From: Ramazzottius varieornatus
Lineage: Eukaryota; Animalia; Tardigrada
Direction: 5' to 3'
Length of the DNA stretch: 64,000 bases
Assembly (NCBI GenBank): GCA_001949185.1
Contig: BDGG01000001.1
Coordinates: forward strand, 7,204,149 to 7,268,148
Shown here: piece after piece, positions 1 to 11,400 of the stretch
Position numbering within the stretch: the stretch's first letter is position 1
Layout: each line of letters opens with the position of its first letter
The notes under the pieces: generated by a model
The model's input: the letters and a program-made list of their open reading frames with translations, nothing else
Database searches by the model: none
What the model was told of the DNA's origin: nothing
Made by a program: the position numbers and the translations under genes

Positions 1-123
1 AATCTGTAACACAAATGTCTTTCTTGACGCTCGAGTAATCTCGCTAATCGTCTTAGGGTCACTGCCACGCGATAGCCTAATCTCTTTGCTCGTTCAGTGA
101 GTATTGAAAGCCAAACCACAAAC

Positions 124-1033
124 CTGTCAATGAGATGGGCAAAGTTGAGGATCATGCCTTTGGCGGTGGCGTGCATGCCGGATATGAGCAGGCCGTGGAT
201 GATGAAGTAACTCTCCCAGTAATGCTGCTCGCGGTATCGGCTGGGCTCTGGACCGTGAACGACGAAGGGGTGAGGAAGATGGATGAGCGAATGGCGTTCG
301 GGATTTTGCTGAACATCCGCCAAAGTCTGGAAGCAGAAAGGCGTATGGCTGCACCGTAGGCAGAAGTTGGACCTGCAACGGTGTTGGCGGTAAAGCAGTG
401 AATGTTCGGCTCACCTTTCGGGTAAGTTGAGGCCATTTGGAATGCAGGTCCACCGTCCACTGCGCAAGTCCTCGGTTCTTGATCTTGCCGAGCAGTAGGT
501 CGATGCCGCTCCACAGCTGTCTCTTGACGTGCTTTCCGGCCTCCATCCAGTCAACAGGTACTACCATCTCAACATCACTTCCAACAGGTGCAAAGTACTC
601 CTCCAGAAAGCTTTCTAGCTTTTGGGCGGGACCTCGTCTGTAGTCATAATTAAGATCGTGGAACTCTCTCAAAGCAGTGTCTGCGTCAACCTTCAGTGGA
701 CGATCGACGAAATTTTTGGAATCGGAGAATATGTTGGAAAGTTGAGCGGCTTTAAGGAGCGGTCCGTGGCAGAATATCTCACTGAAGTGTCGAAATTGCC
801 AAGTTAGAAATAAGAAACAAATGTCTTGTGGTTTCGGCCGAAGAACGCCAGGAATAAAGCAGTCCTGTCAAAAAGGTCGCTTTTTTTGCCGACAGACGCG
901 GACGAACATACCTCTGACAAGGAGCTCCATCAGTCTTTGTTGCTTCATTTGCGCAAAGTGACGTGGGTAAAAGAGAGGCAACAGTCAGATACAGAAGAGC
1001 GATCAGGCTGTGCCGCCACTCCGTCTTGTCCAT
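124..1033 (-). CDS. TREH: Trehalase (GH37), 5' part with signal peptide; gene continues beyond the left edge
   Basis: Exons 1033-912, 781-415, 326-124 (GT-AG) splice to MDKTEWRHSLIALLYLTVASLL...PCQSEIFCHGPLLKAAQLSNIFSDSKNFVDRPLK...W..L.RK...RHSLIHLPHPFVV...YWESYFIIHGLLISGM..TAKGMILNF, collinear with animal trehalases. Confidence 0.93.
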
Positions 1034-1905
1034 CACGCCACCATCAGCTCTGCAAGCATGAAAATATCCTCTTGTCAGTTCACTCTGCTCTATGTTAATG
1101 TAAACAATGATTGTTACTTTCCTCTCAAGACTAATAATGAAACTCGAACTGTTCTCGCCAAACCGACAACCATAAAGATTTTGAGCTGTGTCGTTGCGCG
1201 TATTACCGTAATAAATCAGTGCAAAACTAATCATAACTCTACGAGACGGGAAGATAACCTCGCCGGCGTTCGGGCTGCGATATTATTACGGGGATGGCCC
1301 ATCAGGCAAAGTAACTTGCATGGCAGCCTTTTGTAAAAGGAGGACGTCCAGGGAGGACAGCGACATCTTGGGATTTGAGGTACTCGGGCATTAAGCGCTT
1401 TTCTTTCTGCTCGAAGAGCTCACTTCAGTTAACGGTGAGCTCCTCGCGAACGCGAACCCGTGATGTCGTTAAAACACTCATCAGGTCCTAATTTCAAAAC
1501 TCCGCAAGACAATAATTCCGAACTCCACGATGGATAGGCCTGTAGCCTGATTTGGGACTGTTCTAAGAACGAGGCATGGACGGATTGGATTATCAGAACA
1601 GTATCGCATTCTGCATTCTGTTATAGTTTGGTTTTGCACCCCAAAGTTAACAAACACTTGAAACCGAGGTTGACATGAGCATGACTAGCGCGACTGTTTA
1701 TAACTCCAGTGTTGAAGGGCGGTACTCTTCTGCTGCTGCCCAGATCTGGCTGACGCTGCTCACCGCTCCTCACTGGAGTACAGGTGGTCGATCGTATGGC
1801 GCCGTTTGCCGGTAGTACTTCCCTTCGGGCGAACGTAATGGGCACTTTGCAACGTCTCCTACCGCGCCGCAACCGTCAAATGGACGTCTGCCGGCACAAA
1901 TACAT

Positions 1906-3850
1906 TTGTCACAAATACATTTTTTAGGAAACACAACATCAGGCAATGCCAGTCAAGCGATCTCGACACTGAAATCCCTCTATGAAATATACGACCTAGC
2001 TGTTCCAACCTCGATGAAACTCATTACAGATCTCTCTCGATGCGACCAGAATTTGTCTCTAACTGCATCAACTTGCCGATGTCAAAACATAACACAGCGA
2101 GTTGTTCACGTCTTATGTGGTGCAAAACTCGACATTTCGGCGGAACAGAAAGTTTTCTGGGCATCTAAATTCCGCCAAGTCACAGGAGCGTTTTCTTTCA
2201 CATACAGCAGCACAGTTTGGTCCACTTCATAGTCTGCACAAGCGTTTGATCGTTTGTAAGAGAACAACGATGCATAGATTGGACGGACATGGCATATGGC
2301 GTGGCTTCGTAAGTATCAATAAAGGTAGCTAAACAAAGTGAACATGATGACGTGAGTGGGAACGGTTGCAGAATGTCGCGGCATAACTGTACTTCCTTGT
2401 TCGTACGATAGATTCAAAACCATACCGGCCAGTTCATCGGCAGCTTAAGATCAACACGCAACTCGATAAAGCTATTCTATCGTAACAGAATTGAATGCCA
2501 CCCAACGAGTAAACATTTGTTTTCTTATTTGTATTTTGATCGACAGTTGTAGGGTATCGAGTGGGCCTGCGCTGACTGATCGAGGTAGGACGGCTTTACT
2601 GACATGCTCCGTCGCAAGAAAAGCCCAAAATGCCAAATGTCCGCAAAGAGGGTGAGTGAAGAGTCAATTGTGTCAAGTTTCACTTTCCCAAACTGAATTC
2701 TGACACTTCACTGTTTCATTCATCTTACTCAAATATTTACGAAGCATAACGCTGCCGTAAATTCAGATCCAGTCGGCTGATACGGAGAACCATTTGGAAT
2801 ATTGAAAAAGTTTGCTAAGCACGATGGCTTTCAATACTTCTCCGACAGCAAGTCTTCCGAAGGTTTAATCGTTCAAGCAAAGCATTGGTTCGAGAATAAA
2901 ATTCACCGAGGATCAATCATTTCTCCTATAGGTTTGTAGACTGGCACCTGGCTGTCTAGGGTATGCGCTTCAATCAAAGAAAGTCCGCAGGTGGCAAGCC
3001 GTAACTTGTGTTTTCTGTTTGCCGGAAGCAACAGTCTGCTTCAAACTTCTGCCCACATAAACAATTGAACATAATTCATTCACTTGATCATCAGCAGTTG
3101 GCGTCACGTGTCGCATCGGACATGTATTATACTCGTCTCATGGGTAGATTTGCTAAAAGCAGCCCGCAGCCATCGACATGTTTTAACCAAGCATCAACGA
3201 ACAAACGAAAGACATGTTACTAAACTTTCGAACCAACAAAATTATTCACGTTTGTCCTTCGTAGTTTAGACAGATTCGCCACATGGCCGAACTTCCAATG
3301 GAGATGAAAGATGAAACATGAGTTGGAAAAAGGCGATAACAAGCAGGAAGGACAGGAGCCGTCAATGGCAAACAAAGAAGTTGGTTCAAGCCGTCCAAAT
3401 ATGAACGAAGCCTTCTATGCGAGTGTTGACTGTTATTACTGACCTACATATCGGTTCCCACCGCAAAACGCCTTCCTATCAGTAAACCACGGCGCATACA
3501 AATACCTCAATCCATACTCGATAATCGAGACCCGAAGCAGTTGACTGCGCACTGTTTTCCTGCGGTGGTCAGTCAGGTGCAGAACATGGACAAAGTCACT
3601 CTGGCGGTGCAAACAGCTCGCGAGCCCACGCACCGTGAAGTGGTCAGACGGACAAATGTCGCTTCAAGACCCAAGCCATGTCACGGAGACTCCCGCCACT
3701 CCGCCTTTTTGGCTCCATACCATAGTCGACTGGAAGCTGTGCTCCCGTAGAGCACAGCTTTCCATCCCTGGAGCAGCCAATAAAAGTTTCGTTCAGCAAA
3801 CTGTAACTACTACTTGGGCTCCGAGTCTGCGAACCCCGCACAAACAGATG
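1906..3850 (+). mobile_element. Highly decayed hAT transposase remnant (tentative)
   Basis: Fragments in hAT order: KLITD, HVLCGAKL (CxxH-like), ATR*S (TRW-like), PPFW...AQLSIPGA (dimerisation-domain-like). Many stops and frameshifts; no TIR found. Confidence 0.3.
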
Positions 3851-4229
3851 CTCTTCCGACAGCACAGTTCCCTGCTGCGCAGCTCATGCTGGGGCGAGAG
3901 CTGGTCAAATTAAACACCGAACTTTGATGAGTTATGTTTGGACGTTCCTCGATGGGAGGTCACTTTAATGGGCGGAGAATGAGCTTTTCTGTCGCGCAAT
4001 GGACTGGGGAAGATGATGTTCCAGGCTTCGAACTAATCAATGTTTTTTGGACTGCTGGAATTACTGGCACTTCTGTGAGGGATCAACACAGCTACTGCAT
4101 TCGACCTTGACTTTCCTCCGTTTCGTCCCTAAGGCTCCACTCGATTAGGACGCAGACTGCATTGGAAAACAAAATATACAGCGTGCTATCGTGATCGAGC
4201 AGCAAATGCAATTTCGCCATTAGTCAGGC

Positions 4230-5005
4230 TCATTTGCCGGAGAACCAGACATTACAGCTTCGGGTTCTGTCTGTCTTCACACTCGGCGTCTCAGCCGCAG
4301 TTGAGTTACGCTTCATGGCTCTCCACACCGAACGGAATGGCAGTGAGCAGGTCTGCTTCAAACTCGATAGTCGTTTTGGCTCGTCAATTAAGCCGTACAA
4401 GCCACTATAATGTTGACGGAAGTGACTTGAGTAAAGCGAGTGAAAAACGGGAGAGACGAAGCATGACCGTGACCCTGGGAATCTCAGTGCAGTATACTGT
4501 ATGGCGCGCCGCATTCTCCTGATACGGTCAAATATGCAAGATGCGCTTTGTGATTGACGACATGGTGCATTAAAAATGTCATGATCCGCCAAAAGGATAA
4601 GGCTCTAGTTGCTGGAAAAACTAGCTCTGGTCCTCGCCAGATTCCCTTGCCAAAGCAGAACAAAAGTATTTTCAATTGCTCAGTTAACATGGACCTGCCA
4701 GTAGAAAACATTGCGAGCCGCAATTAGATGCATTTCTGATGTTCAACAACACGTTTGCAAAGTTGAAGTATATTCTTCGTGGCGCCCGTCAGGCATTCTC
4801 GGTTAGAAGCATCCTCACATCCCGAGCAATTATTCAAATCCCTTCTGACAACGTTATGTAACTTTCTGTTCAGAGCGTAAGTGGCACGGCACGCAATGGC
4901 ATCATCCTCCATCGAGGCATCAAGCACGCATCGGTTACATTTTACGGAAGACCCACGCATCCGCACCGTAGACCAACACACGAAAACAACTGGTGTCACG
5001 TTCAT
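4230..5005 (-). mobile_element. Decayed hAT transposase remnant (tentative)
   Basis: IACRA...KLHNVVRRDL...ILQLCKRVVEHQK resembles the hAT CxAHxLxLVV...KCRKIVxHFK segment, followed by an LPF...TPS segment; frames broken. Confidence 0.33.
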
Positions 5006-6099
5006 TGACTTTGATTACTGTTCGCAATAACTCAACCGTCATTATTTTGCGGGTTTGGGGAAAAAAGCCGTTGAAAGGAATAGATTTATTATGCGGAGGG
5101 GGAAAAAGACTCGAGATAGAACATCACCGACATACGCCCAGTTTCGAACAGTTGTAAGAAATAAACGAATAAAGGGAGTGTGGGTTTCCGCTCCAGATAC
5201 TCAGATTTCACGATAGAAATTACAGTAAGAGCAACGAGACTTCCAGTCACTTTCACTCTGCGTATCAAAGATATCCGAATGGATAATTATGCGGATTTGT
5301 GTGCAAAGAAGATTGTGTTGGTACTCACGCGTATCTGCAGATTCCTGATAGCAAAATTATCTCATGGCGGCGCACAGACCCTCATTACGAGCGTGCAATG
5401 GTTTGTTACGAAGATGCGATTTCTGTAGCATTGACCAGATGAGCTTTCGTTGTGAATATGGGAACTACAGTATAACCCAATAGCCAAGGGTCCGGTTGAC
5501 AGCAGCAGATATGGAAGGTGCGTGTATAGCAAATGGCTCGAAAATCGGGAAGAGGCTCTGGATGCACTGGGCTTGACTGCGCGTGGTCAGAGTCCTTGAA
5601 AAACATTTGAGCCTTCCTTGTTGATAGCGTCTCAAGATGGTTGAAGATCTAGAGTTACTTGCTGGAGCACAGTAGCGTTGTAGCGAACGGCGATTTCCCA
5701 ACCGACAGTACAAGAAAGTCGACTTCCGGGTCTTTTGCCAAGTATGCCGTATCAGCTGTATATAATTGTGGGATGGGATGCCTGTAGGACAGGATACTGC
5801 ACCGAAGTTAATTGGATTGGTGATGAGCTTTGTAAGCTCATAAGGTTAAGATAATTGTCGAGTACTCGTACCCAATATATACGATATCGATGCTGACATC
5901 GACACTGACAGAGCCGGAATGATGCTGTTTCCGCACCGGAAGAGCCGCTTCATGGCAGCGCCTCTTGGTAATCGATGTACGCGGGTACTATACGTCATAC
6001 ACGTCTGTGGGTGTTCAGATGGCATCACCAACAACCATGCCTGCAAACAAGGGCGTTGCGGCAGCAGGTACCAGAACCTCGACCAATCAATTTTGCAAG

Positions 6100-6680
6100 A
6101 AACTTCCGCGTCCTCGACCGCAACCCTGTGGGTCATACCCGGGTTTTTCACAATTGGACTACCACAAGTTAGCTATAATTATTGTGTGGATTACAATTCA
6201 AGAACCTGGCAGCTATCAACGCAACCCCCAACTGTATTTGCACGATATTCGTGCTCGGAAATGATACTCGCGGAGACGGCTGATATTGGACGAATCACTT
6301 CTGGGTTGGTGGTTGAACGACCGTGACGGTTCTTTGTCGTGGACTAGGAGTCGAGTAAGCTAGAGTTCCTCTGTCCACCGTCGCCCCAGGTCTCCGTACT
6401 ACGACTGTCGTCGACGGAAAACTTCCAGCCACAGCTCTTCCAGGTTGCTTACTGAAAGATAATGAACGATCTGACCGATGATTTCTTTTTGAATTCTTAT
6501 GAGAATTCTCAAGCAATTTGCCAACTTACCGTAGTCGATGCAGAGAATAACCCAAGAATATTCTTGGCTCCCAGTCTTGGCGACGCACACTGTCTTCTCA
6601 GAGATCTTCTGACCATCGACAGCAGGACGGATATATTCCAGAGGGAATAGTCGAACAGGAGACAGAGGCTTCGCAACAAA
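6100..6680 (+). mobile_element. Possible Gypsy-like gag/protease remnant
   Basis: Frameshifted PQLYLHDI/VLGND resembles the retroviral-type protease C-terminal (D)xILGxD motif; no RT or integrase visible. Confidence 0.22.
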
Positions 6681-6682
6681 TA

Positions 6683-7287
6683 CTGTAGTGCTCGCAGTTT
6701 ATCGCGCACTCAACCACGTGAACAGTAAATAACGCCCGATCGGGGATTTTAGACGTTGTACTGCTTAATCAACAATCAATGATTGGCCATCGGTTAAGAC
6801 AAGTGTTATTCTGAAAAGTCAACTCAAATTGCTCATTTCCATCTGGAGCGTTTCCGGTATCTGCTCACTTTTCTCCGGTCCTCGCTTGCCCGGAATCTTT
6901 GCTTTGTGAAGCAAAAACATGAGGTTCCGTGAAGCTTATCAGCTGCTTATGGAACAGGTATCATTTGACTCACCACCAGCTGCGCATGGCTGATTCCGGA
7001 ATTCCTGTAAGCTTCGCATGCTTTCTCCTCGATAATCCGCTCTCTTCATAGTTCCTCAAAGTTTTCTCCGCATCCTCATCGGCATAAATATACGGGTCCT
7101 AGCCATGACAATGTTTTCTACCTTCGGATCCAGTGAAAGAAACTGGAACTTGGACCGGATCGTTTTTCAAAATAACTGACGACCCAATAAAGTCAATCAA
7201 CTCACACCCTTCTGGCAACAGCTGATCTTGCCGGGCAAACCTGACTAATCACGTGGTTGAGTGCGCGATAAACTGCGAGCACTACAG
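6683..7287 (-). mobile_element. Non-autonomous pogo-like (Tc1/mariner superfamily) deletion derivative
   Basis: Perfect 39-bp TIRs (6683-6721 CTGTAGTGCTCGCAGTTTATCGCGCACTCAACCACGTGA; reverse complement at 7249-7287), TA on both flanks. Internal frameshifted psq/CENP-B-type HTH remnant YADEDAEKTLRNYEESGLSRRKHAKLTGIPESAMRSW on the minus strand. Confidence 0.88.
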
Positions 7288-7659
7288 TACTTCATGGAAG
7301 TACGCCACACCGCTCGCCTTCTTCTCCATGATTGAACGATCCCGTTGACTGTAATAAAAGCGGAGGACGGGTTCAGCGCTCATTACGGACGGCTCTTGAC
7401 AACGGATTTAGTGCCGAGGAGAGACTGAAAGTCAGTAGCTACAGACTACAGGCACGTCAGTTCGACATCCGGTTGTAGTGCCCCACTTATAGACAATGGC
7501 TCCCCGCGGGCCTTTTCCGCGCCCCGGCAGTAGCCTTTCAGCCAAGCGACCAGCCCGTAGGTTCGGGGGCCGGAGCGGTCGCTCCACCATAAAAGTGCCG
7601 GGATGGGCCGGACTTCGACAAGTTGCGGATCTCTGCTGCTGTTGTACTCGATAATCTCT

Positions 7660-8346
7660 TCATTGTTTGTACCGGCATAAGACCTGAGCATCGCCGGTCT
7701 TGAGTAATATTTGGTGGATGTACCAAAGCCTCCTTTGAGCATATGGGCAAAGCCCTGCACAAGGATGCAGGGTGGTGCAATGTTCCAGAACCATGCATGC
7801 GGCGCACGAGCAATTCAAGCTCCAAAGACGCTCCGCAGTGGTTCTCCGAATTTTTCATGGAGTAACGTGGATCATCCAGTCCGCATACGCGACGGAATAT
7901 CTTCCGCTGTGGAGACCAGAAATTCGCGCACGAGTTCCTGACAGTCTGCACTCTGCAGAGAAGCACAGTTCAAAAATAACAATCGAGAAAACGTCGCTTC
8001 TGATTCGAAGCTTCATAACGACATCACCTCGAAGTCCTGCAAGCTCCCAATACTTTGGTAGCTCTAGGCGGTGAGACGATAGCCGTGGTGGTCCTCGGAG
8101 ATACTGGATTGGATCGTCGGAAGTAAACACAATCCACAAACTTCGAAAATTTGAAAACTGAAAAGCCGATTGTTGTGTGACTTGTGTCGTTTTGTGTTGC
8201 ATGTCATGTCAGAAGGGGATTCTGGTCATGCCATAACATAACATACTAATGTCATAGCATGTTTCTCTGGTATGTACTTGGGTTTGCGCCTTGCGGAGTG
8301 ACATCTCGATTCTGAATTTGCAATCGAGCCCATTCTGTGTCTCCAT
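7660..8346 (-). CDS. Putative small 4-exon orphan protein (87 aa)
   Basis: Exons 8346-8278, 8063-8028, 7952-7889, 7754-7660 with GT-AG introns join in frame: METQNGLDCKFRIEMSLRKAQTQSYQSIGSLQDFESADCQELVREFLVSTAEDIPSRLCPYAQRRLWYIHQILLKTGDAQVLCRYKQ*. No recognised family; alternative frames are possible. Confidence 0.4.
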
Positions 8347-8445
8347 CGTTTTTCATCGTATCTTCTGGACGGTAGACCAACTCGAGGGACTGTCGCGAGT
8401 GTAGCGCTCGGATCTCTGAGAGAAAAAGGACCACAAGGAGGCAAC

Positions 8446-11400
8446 ATGAGTTCAGACGATCCACGGCAGGGCCGTCGGCCAGGATATCCGAAAGGTAAGC
8501 TTACTTCATATAGAGTTTCTCCTTGGACATTCGGCCACATTCCGACGTGCATCTTCTCGCTTCTCTAACCCATCTAGGTGTCATTTCTACGGCTCCAGAT
8601 CCATCCGCTTCGCGAATGATCCCTCTAGGTATCGTATGATTGCTCGAGCATCCAGCATCGTTTTGAGACATCCATCATAAAACTGCGTTCTCATGTCATC
8701 CCCTTCTTCCAGGTACGAAACCAGCTGGCAGGATGACTGCAGCTATCCAGAACATGCCTTCTCCCAACGCACTCTTCGGTACATCTGCTCCCACGTCCTT
8801 TGCTATGCAGTCAGGAGGCAACGCTGCTTCGTCGGCGCCATTCCGCGGCGCCAGCTCTTTCACTGGATCCTCACAAATGCGCCCTGCTTCTCCATCGTCC
8901 ATTCACATCAAGAAGGCCAAAGTGGACCCTGGCGGACTTGGTTCTCGTGGTCCAGGCGGCATCCGGACATCAGCGGCGTTACAAGCGCAGTCAAGAAGGG
9001 AGATCATGTCGGAAGAATGGCAAAAGCTTGCTGTGGACGGAGGTAAGAATGATTAGTGTTCTATTCGATAGTCTCTAGAGATTATTCTCCAGTTACCTTT
9101 AGGGTATTTTGCTGTGTTTTAGTGGACGGAAAGTCGATGTCGGGGATCGCAAAGATGGTCGCTTCGGGGGACGCCAGTTTAGGCGAAACGCAAGTTCGGC
9201 CGATGATATGCGGAGCTTTCAAGCAGATCATCCAACCTTCCAACAAACTCAGAGAAGTGGACGAGTTATTGGTTATGTCATTGGTTACTCTGGCCGCATT
9301 CAAGCCGGAGTACTTTCGAGGAGAGCTGATGTTATCAGTAAGATGAAACGTAGAAAAGCCGTGAACTGTCTTTGACTCCCTCTTGCTACTTTCTCCCAGA
9401 TCGACTTCCGCATGTTCGCATATGTTTCACTAGACTTCGCGCGCGAGTTGAATCGAAAAACGCTACTTTCTTATAATTCGTGTGGTTTTCACCCAGGGGC
9501 TCTTTTTTGTTCCAGGCGATGCTGTCCTTACTACGAAAGGACGCTCTACATACAGTTCCCAGTCTTTCCAAAGGAAAAACGAACCAGATAAATTGCATCC
9601 TTGGTGTAACCCTCCTTCACGCCGCATACAAGAATGTAACAAGATGGCCCATACAAATTATGAAGGTACACGTGTACCGAACAAACTGACGCGAATTTGC
9701 CATTTTTTCACCTGCTTGATTGCTTGTGGTAATTCTGACTTTCGCAAAATTGACGTGGCTGTAGATGTATCTGGAGGACGCGGGGTTGGACAGGCAGTGG
9801 GTCGACTTGGCGGAATGTCGGCAGTTCGTTCGGACCATCCGCTACTCCTTCCGTACCAAAGCATCCACCACTAACACGGGGACACCTCTTCTTGCTGCTC
9901 ATAACGAGTCTTCAGAGACGCCAGAAGTTCATAAACGTCCACCGTACGCTGGGCAGAGTCCTCGTCATGTGACCATCCAGGAAGAGAATGAACGGTCTGG
10001 TAAGCAAGCTGGCTCGCCCCACAGCGCACCCGTCTCCGTCATCGCATTTGCTGGACCCTCTGACGAAGAGGGGATCTTTGACAGCGAGTCGCTACCACGT
10101 ACTGACAGGTAACTTTTTCGTCTCTTGGTTGAACAGGATTAAAGAAACTGTGGAGATCACGTTGTGCCTTTGCCCTAGGTTCGAACATGTGGAAGCGGAA
10201 GTTCCGGGACTCATCACGGAAGTCATCAGAGAAGCCATGAAGGTACCCTAGGCAGCCTTAAGCGTTTGGAACTCGGCAAACAAATTCGACAAGATCGATT
10301 TTGTCAATGACCCACGCTTCTCGAGTTATGAGCTGAAAGCGTGCGCCACCTGTAAAAGCTTGTCAAGTTGGACTTGTTTCCCAAGTGGCGCATGTTCTCA
10401 GTTCTTACTGGCTGAAGCCTGCGCCAGTTGGAAGGACTATCTTGCCGATTTTGCTTTCCCAAGTGGTGCACGTTTCCGGCGTTATTAGCCAGAGGCCTGC
10501 GGAAGAGACGATCTTGTCCAGTTTGTTTTCCTAGGTCCCAGTTGCTGACTACAATATACCAATGTTTTGAATTTTTAGAGGGGAGATGGAGGAGGAAAGC
10601 ATCTGGTGCGAATGCTGATCTCGACGGCGGGTATCCCCGAGTCGCGTCTTCAAGCCATGCAGAAGATCGACACTTGGCTACAGAACGGGAAGGTACGTCA
10701 TGTCTTAAGACCTTTGTACTTTTAGAGTGCGTTGATTGAGAAACTAATTGTTACCGCGTTGTTGGTGTTGTAGACGAGTGTTCTAGCCATGAATCTGTTG
10801 GCAACGATCTGCGCGAACTGCACAGGCATGCTGGAGAGCGACTTGACCGTCATCGAACTGTTCCTGAAAGTTCGAATCAAAGGAAAGACAGAGCAGTACT
10901 TCGCCTGTGTCAAGTATACAGTTTTTGCTAAATCTTCTGGAACGAATGTTGACAACGGTACCAGTTTCAAGTTCTTTGATTCTCAATTCTCCCTATTGCA
11001 GCGAGTTGCTGGCAGACAACAACCTGAATAATCTGTACACCGTAATCCGCATGACGCTGGATATGGAGAAGAACGACATTCTAATGAACAAGCCGGGTAT
11101 GTCATGGAATCTACAGATCATGGCGGCTGCCTTCCGAGCAAAGCCCAATGAGTCGAGCGATGTAAGGAGTTAGCTTTCACCAAACCGTATGTTTTTCATT
11201 GGGAATTTTTGGAGTGTCTTATCATGCTGACTTTTCAGATGTTGGCCGCCTTCTTCGTGACGTTCATCGTCTCCACGGGTGAAGACTGGAACCGGACCCT
11301 CAAGGCTATCCTTCACGACTTGTCTAAAGTCTACAAGGCCGACGTGAGGCATGAAAAGTTCGTTCAGTCCTTCCTCACCGCCAGGATCTTCACCACACCC

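Noticed and set aside
7725-7756. RLCPYAQR as a GST-omega active site
   Set aside because: No surrounding thioredoxin/GST fold, and the predicted protein is too short.
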